A stretch of 64,000 bases of DNA from Rhynchopus sp. YZ270_cl-10. Lineage: Eukaryota. The stretch is taken from contig OZ037844.1 in NCBI GenBank assembly GCA_964035575.1, positions 434,001 through 498,000 on the forward strand, read 5' to 3'. This document shows positions 56,946 to 64,000 of the stretch, piece after piece. Each line of letters opens with the position of its first letter. Position 1 is the first letter of the stretch. The position numbers and the translations under genes were made by a program. The notes beneath the pieces were generated by a model. It had not been told where the DNA came from. It saw only the letters and a list, made by a program, of their open reading frames with translations, and ran no database searches.

Positions 56946-58592
56946 TCATTCTTCTGCACCGTGCTTGAGGAGAACCTGCTCCACATCTGTATGTTGTTTC
57001 TTCCTCGCATAGTGCAACGCAGTGTGGCCCAACAAATTTCTGTGGTTTACATCCACCTCCCGCAAGCCCACAAGATAGCGCACAGTCTCGGTGTGTCCAT
57101 GATCTGCTGCAATGATAAGACATGTGTTACTCTTGTTGTCTACCTCACACACGTCCGCTCCTGCTTTGACCAACATCAGCACAATTTCGAGTTCTGGTTC
57201 CGCACAAGCCCAGTGAAGAGGTGTGCATCCACCTTCCTTTGCATCGATGTCTGCCCCTGCATCAATGAGAACCTCCACCACATCTGAGTGCTTCTGTGAA
57301 ACTGCGCGGTGCAGTGAAGTGGAGCCGCTATTATTTGAGTGATTCACGTCCACCTCAGGCATGCACAGAAGAGCACGCACAGTCTCAGTGTGTCCAAAAT
57401 GTGCTGCAAGCATAAGGCATGTGTCTCCTTCGTCGTCTGTGACACACACGTCCGCACCTGCTCTGACCAACACCTCCACAACTCCCAGTTTCCTCGCCAA
57501 GAGGAGTGGCGAACGACCTACGTTATCCTTGACCTCGATGTCTGCCCCTGCATCAATGAGCACCTCCATTGTACCTGGATGTGTTAGCTCAGCTGCGTAG
57601 ATCACCACAGTGTTGCCATACTTATCCACGTGACTCATGTCCACATCCGGCAAGGACACAAGAAAACGTACCGTCTCAGTGTGTCCGTATACCGCAGCCA
57701 GAACGAGACAAGCGTATCCGTATTTGTCTATGGCGCGCACCTCTGCACCTGCTTCCACCAACATCTTCACAATAGGGAGATTGCCTTTCTCGCAAGATAG
57801 TACGAGAGGTGTACGTGAGTCCTTATCTCTTGTCTCAATATCAGCCCCTGCATCAATAAGTACCTTCACCAGATCGGCGTGATTTTGACGTACTGCACAG
57901 AACAACGCAGACAGGTGGCCATCAGATTTGTGATTCATTATCTTCGACGCAGTGTCGTCCACGTCCACAAGATATCGCACAGTCTCGGAGTATCCATGAT
58001 ATGCCGCACACATAAGACATGTGTTTCCGTAGTTGTCTGTGACACACACTCCCGCACCTGCTTCGACCAACATCTTCACAACATCGAGTGCTCCTGAACG
58101 ACAAGACCAGTGCAGAGGGGAACGTCCCATTTCATCCTTTGTCTCGATGTCTGCCCCTGCATCAATGAACACCTGACACACTGCAGGGTCCGCCCACATG
58201 GCTGGACAGGGTCGAGGTTTCGTGTTGCTCCCGTGTGGGACAAACGCATCGTTGCTGCAGAGTGACTTCCAATGCTGCAAGAGGACCTCCGTGCACGCAG
58301 TGTGGTCTGCGTGGATGCACTCACTCAGCAGCATCCCGAAGCCCATCTGCGTTGTCTCAACATACGGAAGAAGCAGTGCGAGGCATTCATCGTGGTTCCC
58401 TCTGCATGCCTCGTGCACAGCATCGAAGGCAACCGTTTTGCTGTCTGTGTCTGGGCTGAGCTTCTCAAGTCCCGCCCGCACGGCAGTCGTGTCGCCGTTC
58501 CTGGCAGCCTCCACCAAGACCGAGTTTGCAGAAAGTGTTGTGCTGTTTGGTGCCTTCTCGTCAGGTGTGCTGTCTGCGTGTCGCTTCGACAT
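56946..58592 (-). CDS. Ankyrin-repeat protein copy 10 (548 aa, 4 modules; PNSTTL replaces PKRRKL)
   Basis: Ankyrin consensus; intact ORF. Confidence 0.92.
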   Translation of the reverse strand: MSKRHADSTPDEKAPNSTTLSANSVLVEAARNGDTTAVRAGLEKLSPDTDSKTVAFDAVHEACRGNHDECLALLLPYVETTQMGFGMLLSECIHADHTACTEVLLQHWKSLCSNDAFVPHGSNTKPRPCPAMWADPAVCQVFIDAGADIETKDEMGRSPLHWSCRSGALDVVKMLVEAGAGVCVTDNYGNTCLMCAAYHGYSETVRYLVDVDDTASKIMNHKSDGHLSALFCAVRQNHADLVKVLIDAGADIETRDKDSRTPLVLSCEKGNLPIVKMLVEAGAEVRAIDKYGYACLVLAAVYGHTETVRFLVSLPDVDMSHVDKYGNTVVIYAAELTHPGTMEVLIDAGADIEVKDNVGRSPLLLARKLGVVEVLVRAGADVCVTDDEGDTCLMLAAHFGHTETVRALLCMPEVDVNHSNNSGSTSLHRAVSQKHSDVVEVLIDAGADIDAKEGGCTPLHWACAEPELEIVLMLVKAGADVCEVDNKSNTCLIIAADHGHTETVRYLVGLREVDVNHRNLLGHTALHYARKKQHTDVEQVLLKHGAEE

Positions 58593-60980
58593 GGTTTTTG
58601 AAGATGTTGATATTCAATGTTGTGTCTTTTATGCTGTTTCTTTTTGTGGAGGTTGTGAGGTGAGTGGTGGGTGTCCCTGAACTGCCTCCCACCCCTGACA
58701 AGCACAGCCACAGTACCAGGAGTAAATCAAACTGACATGAGTCTTGGAGGTGAGGAGGTGAGGGAAGTCTGCAAGATAAAAACATCACCCAGTCTTTGTT
58801 CATCTTCATAATGTATTTGCGTACCCCAACCCTCCATCAAAGTTTATGTACGGTGATAAAGAATACGAGATAATGTGAAGTTATTTGATACAGGTACCGT
58901 ACGATGCCCGCACCTGAAAGCGCATTGATGTGCTAACGCCGGGCTTAGAAAAAAAAAATCGAAAACATGAACGTTCCCTACATACTTAAACACATCTGAA
59001 TATTCAGTAAAGGCTACACCGGCGCTTTGCCATGTTTAAACCAACAAAACAAAACGGGGAAAGATGCACGAGACTCGCACGTGGTCCGCAACAGAACATG
59101 CCACTTACATCTTCTTGAAAAAATAAAAGTGTGCGCTCTCATTTTTGGCGTCTGATGATTTTGGCGTCTTGTCCCTGGACACGAAGCAAAAAGACGTTGA
59201 AGGTTCAACGCCTCCAGAGATCTCCTCAGTGCTGTGGACAAATATGACAAAGGGGCAGTGTTGTTGGGGATACTGTGACACAGCAAAACAGCGCAACTGT
59301 AAAACGGGTCGCACGATGTGCGACCATTTAATCTGTATGTGTTGTCTCTGTCGTTGCACTATCACCCTCCAACATTGCACCATACGAGCTATTATCAGAG
59401 CAATGAAAGCAAAAAAAAAAAAAAAAAAAAAAAAGCAGAACTTAAAAGATGCATGTATCCTTTGCACACACATCTGAAAAATGGGGCAGTTGATGACGTG
59501 AACGCGCGCAAAAGATAGAGAAAAGATGCGGACGAAACACACACGAGCAACCTGGAGAACGTATTCTTTTTTATTGACATAAAAAAAAATAGCCTCGTAG
59601 GCCTTCAACGAAAGAACAAAAAAAAACGAGAGAGAAAAATGGTAGTTGCTAATGCAGGCACACCTCCGTCTGACCCACGTATGATGCCAGCCATCTGGAT
59701 GAAAGCACAAAAAATGACGATCGACAAAAATCGATCTTACGATCGTACCCACGATAGTTTTTGGGTACGATCGTAAAATATCGTACAATCGTAGGCAACC
59801 CGTGAAAAAAAAAGTCAGATTGGAAGTGCAAGCACCGCAGACGTAGCATCGAATCAAGGAATGAAAAAAAATCTTGTAAGATGAATGTGGCTCACGTGCA
59901 CACACATCTTTCATCAAGACATGGAAAGATGAATGTGTACTCCCCCCTGTGTGCACATACGCCGGCAAAAACGAAAACAAAACATAATTAGTAAATATCA
60001 TCTGAAACATTTGGCAATGCCGTCAAGCCATCTTTTATGGTGGCTGATCGTGTTCAGATTATTAAAAAGGGGGTATTTTTTTGTCAACTATTTAGCTGAG
60101 TGCAATGGTTAGGATTTTTTTCCCCAATGCCTCTGAAGCTGATTCCCAAGCTATTGGCTCTCGTTTCTTCCCAAGCGAAGCCACGGGACAAGAGAGGAAA
60201 GAAGAGAGGCAACAAAGGAGCCATTTCGAGACATATGCAAAAATATGCAAAAAAAAAAAAAAAAATGGGGGGCAGGAAGTTGGTAGCTACGCCTCTGTGG
60301 ACGGCAGACACCAAAAAAAAAGAGGGGACGAACCGAACTCTTGAGGATCACGTCTTCCGAAGAATGCGCGTGTTAAAAAAACGAAACAAAAAGTATAAAA
60401 GAAAGAAACGTTGAGAAGATGAACCTAAGCCTCGTTGTGCTTATTCACCAAACATTTGACTCCGTAGTGAACCTCGTTTGAGGTTGTGCAAAGTCCTAAG
60501 TCAGGCCAGAGAGCAACCTCAAAGGATCAGTAAAAAAAACGGGACAGAAAAAACACTTGGAAAAAAAAAATGCAATTTTATTTGCATTTCCAAACGCGCG
60601 ATCTTTCCCAAAAAAAGACACAAAAAAGGTTGAAAATTATTTTTCTGTGCGTAACAACCCCTAAGAGGTGCACCGCCATACTTGCTATTAGTCTGCTTGT
60701 CGACTATCACCATCACACCAAAAGGCGGGTTCTGAACATCACTCCAAAAACACCCAAGAGGGCCAGGACTCTGACAGAACGACACACCTTAAAAAATGTA
60801 TAGCGATACAAAAAAAGTGGGGAAAAAAAACGACTGTTTTTCTTTTTGTTTGCTATTTCGACAATCCACTAAAAGAAGTCTTGACTCATTATCACCTCAA
60901 AAAAAATTGGGAAAACACCATTTCATTTCACGATTTTCAAAAAAAAAAATTGACATAAAAACACACCCCCTTCACTCTTT

Positions 60981-63610
60981 TCAATCAACCAACCGAGCCT
61001 TTTGCGTTAACTGCGTGCGTCTTATCTTCACTAAATATTCTGGATAGACACGTGACCTGTCATACACCACAAACTCCCGCGGTTTATTTTGCAGTTCTGC
61101 TAGGATGCTGTCCGTTGATACGTGCTCCTCTTTGCAGGACACATGACCTTCGACACAGGGTGGGCGTCGCGCTGCTTGCTCCTCCTCTGTTGTTCGTGTG
61201 GTCCGGATGTGTGGTGCGCCCATCAGGACACGGCATATAAATAGATCACAAAGACCGTCTGCATCCTCTGTCATATATTCATCTGATTTGCTTGAATTTT
61301 CTGCAAAGTACAGCCCCGCTCCGTTTAGCCCCCAGGAGCACACCCTTTCATCCATGCCTTGAGATACGATGAGATTCGCCCATTTGCGTTGCGTTCCGTG
61401 AAAGAGATGGGTTTCATTAACCGAGGCGCTAAGAAGCTCTGTGCCAAGACCTGGCGTGACGCAGCAGGGTGTTATATTAGGAAGGTCCTGCCGTGACAGC
61501 CGTTCATGCATCTGACGGCGTTGTAGGGTATACGCCTCCCATAGATCAGTATGCTCGACCCGCAGCACCTGAACCACCTCCAGACCACTATGGGTTTCGC
61601 CTCTCCTATTATTCCGCCCCAACCCCAACGGGGTGGTGCACGACTTTGTTACCATCTCCTGCACCGCATCCTTCACTGATGCTGTCACATCAACGACTTC
61701 CCCTCTCGCTTCACGGTTATGCCATGAAACCGGAGTACATATCGCTGTTGTCCTTGCCACCGGATTTCCTCTAAAAAACACGGAATGACTGACCTGCTCC
61801 GCGGACGGACGCTTCTCCGGATCCTCCTCAAGCATCGCGGAGAGGAGTGTATACGCATCCTTTGGTACATTGTGGGGTAGCACCTCGGGGACAGCTTCTG
61901 AGATGGTGCGTGGGGATGTGCTGACCGCATCGTATATCATCAACCCAAACGAAAACACATCCGACGCACAACTAGGTGCGCCACCTGCAAGCACCTCTGG
62001 GGCTATATACCCTTTTGTCCCCCGAACCCCTGCCATGGTTGGCGCCATGGTTGCGGTAACAGTTGAAGTGTCCTTGCTTATATCAAAATCACCGAGACGC
62101 GCCCCGCCGTCACTCCCTATGAATACATTTTCTGGTTTAATATCGCAGTGGACTATACCGTTTTGGTGGATACACGTTAACGCTAATGAGACATCGTGAA
62201 GGTATCTGGTGGTCCCTTCGGGACCGTTTTTTGTGATATGCGCTGCAAGGTCGCCGCCAGAGTAGTAGGGCATTTCCATATACCAGAAGCTGTCGCGGAA
62301 GACGCAGGTTACTTCGGTGATGCAGGGGTGGTTGAGGCGTTGGAGGGCTCGAGCCTCGCGGAGGAGACGGGTGGTGCCGTCCTGCTCGGAGGAGCTGAAC
62401 TGCTTGAGGACAACCATCGCTCCATCGGCCCGTCGCGCACGGCATACGGCATGGCGTCCCTTCGCTAGGACCTCTAGGTCGCTGTACTCTTTGAGTTGTC
62501 TATGCCGCACCAGCCCACCCCACAGCCGCAGCTCTTCGTCAATCGCAAGCTCTGGGTAGTATTTTATGCATGCTTCTGCGACCTTCTGTTCGTGTCCCTC
62601 CAATTCCCGTTGTGTCTTCCCAAAGTGGCGTCGCGCGGTTTTTAGTGCTTCTTGCAAATCGAAAAGGTGGGAATCATCTTTCTTTCGTTGTGCCCGCTTT
62701 AATGCGGTAGTGGCGTCTTCCAGTCGGTCTTCTGCAGTGGAAACCTCGCTGGCAAGAGAATGCAGGGTTTGCATAAGACCCTCTTTAGCAGGTCGTGCTG
62801 CGCCGTCTTCGAGAACCCTCAGTAATGTCTTTTCACTTCCCGCAGCGCTTCGAAGCAGGCTGAGCTGTGTACAGACAAACCCGCCTACCTGCCGAGACAC
62901 CTCTGATAGATGCTCCTGAAGCGCAGTGTGGGTGCGGTGCACGGCAGCTTCGCTTGCAATTAGATCAGAGCATAGTGCTTCCAACCCCTCTTTGTTTGCA
63001 GATAAGACGGACCTCGAGAAGCGAAGATACTCCACAGCTGCGGCATCTGCCTCTGCCTGAAGGATCTCTGCTGTGTCGCGGAGTGTGGCCAATGGTGTGT
63101 TGCATTCGAAAGTAGTGTGTTCTGCTGGTTCAAATGGTAGGAGTTGTGACAGTCTTCCCGGCACAATGTTGTGCACAAAGTGTAGAGCACGTTCCGCTGC
63201 AGCAAGGTGTGCAATGTGTGCAGCATCGCGGGCTTCCATGCGTGCAGTGCAGCTCCTGTGTGTCCTCGCCTCCGTCATGGCTGCTGTCAACACCGCTCTT
63301 GCAGATGACACTTCGTCCAGGACGTTGCACTCATTGTCTGCATCTACCAGGTCAAGGAGAGCCCCTACCTTGCCTTGGGATTCTCGAATCTGAAGGACCT
63401 TGTGCAACACCGAGATGACGTCGTTGCTTGCCAAGGATGCCTCCGTCTGGGAGCAAGCGGTGGTGTGTGCGGGAAGGTGATTGGCGGTTTGTGGTGGGGG
63501 TGTGTTGGTGTTGTGGTTGTTGGTCTGTGGCTCGCTGTGGGCGCCGGTGTGGTATTGCTCGAGGAGGGTTGCGATGTTGCTGTTTCGGACGAACTGTGCT
63601 GGGGATTCTC
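60981..63610 (-). CDS. Last exon of an ankyrin / coiled-coil / Ser-Thr kinase / PARP-catalytic fusion protein
   Basis: Acceptor CATACAG|GA at 63611/63610. Kinase: VVLK, REARAL, HCDIKPEN, GDFDISK, GTKGYIAPE, DVFSFG. PARP: LFHGT, GAGLYFAENSSKSDEY, CRVLMG, REFVVYD...YPEYLV (H-Y-E triad intact). Confidence 0.92.
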
Positions 63611-63783
63611 CTGTATGTGTTTTTTTTTGTAGTTTTGAAAATCGCAAAATAAGTTATCCGATTGAAGCCAAGAATCCCCCACCTTGACGACTAAAAAACT
63701 GGACATTGAACAATGTGGGCCGAACGGTAATTGACATTAAGGGTCGAAGCCAAATGTGTGAAGCCTCGTAGGATGGAGCATAC

Positions 63784-63882
63784 CCTTTTTGTTCTGTGCA
63801 TAGAGGTCCGCACCTAAGTCCAAGAGAGTCTTCACTGCGTGGGGCTGCTTGTGTATGCATGCTATGTGCAGGGCTGTGCAAC
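63784..63882 (-). CDS. 99-nt exon encoding exactly one ankyrin repeat of the kinase-PARP gene
   Basis: CTACAG|GT TGC ACA GCC CTG CAC ... AAA AAG G|GTATG translates to (G)CTALHIACIHKQPHAVKTLLDLGADLYAQNKK(G). Phase 1 at both ends and in frame with the exon starting at 63610. Confidence 0.85.
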
Positions 63883-64000
63883 CTGTAGTGCATTGGGAAA
63901 AGGGTTGAAATCGCATTGTTTTGTGCCTAAAAATATCACAATCATGTGCAAATCGTCACCACCCCTTTATTCGATTGCATTCTCTGACGGAGTCGGGCCA

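Noticed and set aside
44387..58809. Many plus-strand and alternative-frame ORFs recurring over the ankyrin genes
   Set aside because: Shadow ORFs; they recur only because the underlying DNA is duplicated.
59105..60010. 301-aa minus-strand ORF
   Set aside because: Phe/poly-T rich, runs through dispersed repeats, no recognisable domain.
63900..64000. A further ankyrin exon (WPDSVRECNRIKG)
   Set aside because: The peptide looks plausible, but no GT donor is available in the required phase 1, so it is not supported.

Overview
Eukaryotic genomic DNA with GT-AG introns, long poly(A)/poly(T) tracts and many non-autonomous transposons. Every host gene I can support is on the minus strand. That one-strand layout, together with a retroelement whose RT has a WxDN motif, suggests a euglenozoan such as a diplonemid, but this is inference only. 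Contents: (1) the 3' end of a tyrosine-recombinase-class (DIRS/Ngaro/VIPER-like) retrotransposon RT-RNase H, nested in a hAT-type MITE. (2) Ten intronless paralogues of an ankyrin gene with a near-invariant N-terminus (NLS-like motif in seven) and 3-6 shuffled three-repeat modules. (3) Three pyridoxamine-5'-phosphate-oxidase-like genes. (4) A sirtuin fused to a ZPR1-like A/B domain. (5) A K+ channel with an atypical filter, a MAPKK, a Ubl-like/beta-propeller protein, a CAP-Gly protein and a small MGLCCS protein. (6) At the right end, an ankyrin / coiled-coil / DFD-kinase / tankyrase-like PARP gene whose ankyrin exon the ORF track misses. Non-coding DNA holds two Helentron-like elements with ~261-bp tandem arrays, several TIR elements with verifiable TSDs, a strand-specific GCGAAGC cloverleaf and a (CAGCAT)45 tract. 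The best candidate for a new system is the diversifying ankyrin array beside two unusual NAD+-consuming fusion enzymes, possibly a protist defence or signalling locus. All family assignments come from motif recognition by eye; no searches were run.
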